From contig CAVOHZ010000010.1 of the NCBI GenBank assembly GCA_963695855.1, positions 448,001 to 512,000 of the forward strand: DNA of 64,000 nucleotides. Direction: 5' to 3'. The notes below the pieces were generated by a model. That model saw only the letters and a list, made by a program, of their open reading frames with translations. It was not told the DNA's origin and ran no database searches. A program made the position numbers and the translations under genes. The stretch is from an uncultured Nitrososphaerales archaeon (GTDB taxonomy: Archaea > Thermoproteota > Nitrososphaeria > Nitrososphaerales > Nitrososphaeraceae). This document shows, piece by piece, positions 63,622 to 64,000 of this stretch (positions within the stretch are counted from its first letter, which is position 1; each line of letters opens with the position of its first letter).

Positions 63622-64000
63622 CTATCTCTCAAGGTCTATCATTATCCTTCCATCTCTAGAAGTATCAAATAGACTTTTCAACGCATCTCCAGTCTGTTCT
63701 AAAGAAAATACCTTCCATACCCTAACCTTAAGGCGATTAGAAGATTTTATAACACTTTTTAGTTCTAGTATAGTTCCGCCATTTGAGCCAATGATTTGAA
63801 TTTGTTTTAGATAAATAGGTTGAAGATCAAATTGAACTATATTACCAGTCAATATTCCAAAAATAACCAGTCTCCCATTATAATTCAAAGAATTTAGACT
63901 TGATTCCCAAGTTTGTTTTCCAAGGGAGTTAATCACTACATCAGCCATTTTACCACTTGTCAACTTTGATGTAATTTCCGGAACTTTATCATAATCACAT
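63622..64000 (-). CDS. Zn-dependent alcohol dehydrogenase/MDR family, C-terminal part
   Basis: ADVVINSLG, GRLVIFG, QIIGS, GRI; runs off the window. Confidence 0.8.
   Translation of the reverse strand, partial: CDYDKVPEITSKLTSGKMADVVINSLGKQTWESSLNSLNYNGRLVIFGILTGNIVQFDLQPIYLKQIQIIGSNGGTILELKSVIKSSNRLKVRVWKVFSLEQTGDALKSLFDTSRDGRIMIDLER

Overview
Low-GC archaeal DNA, most likely from a soil ammonia-oxidising archaeon of the Nitrososphaeraceae (Nitrosocosmicus-like). The evidence is a 4-hydroxybutyryl-CoA dehydratase, Alba, SMC, type II MetAP, BluB, many cupredoxins and TATA-box promoters. There are three zones. (i) 1-6.7 kb is mostly core genes and ends in tRNA-Pro(TGG). (ii) About 6.8-43.5 kb is an accessory island with IS remnants, duplications and secreted or small proteins. 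It contains a ~13 kb integrated element (25.6-38.4 kb) with a tyrosine integrase, a Spo11/TopoVI-A-like TOPRIM protein, terminase small- and large-subunit-like genes and an MCM helicase, but no recognisable capsid, portal or tail genes. (iii) 44-64 kb is housekeeping genes. The most notable observations are: (1) a palindrome RTTAAC-N3-GTTHAV placed 5-6 bp upstream of the TATA box in 9 island promoters, i.e. an apparent activator regulon; (2) the capsid-less terminase/MCM element, with an origin-like inverted repeat and a chimeric TerL; (3) a truncated, active-site-altered CysRS paralogue coupled to a GNAT acetyltransferase, resembling MshC/MshD; (4) a large inverted duplication bracketing the element. 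All calls come from motif reading only; no database searches were run.
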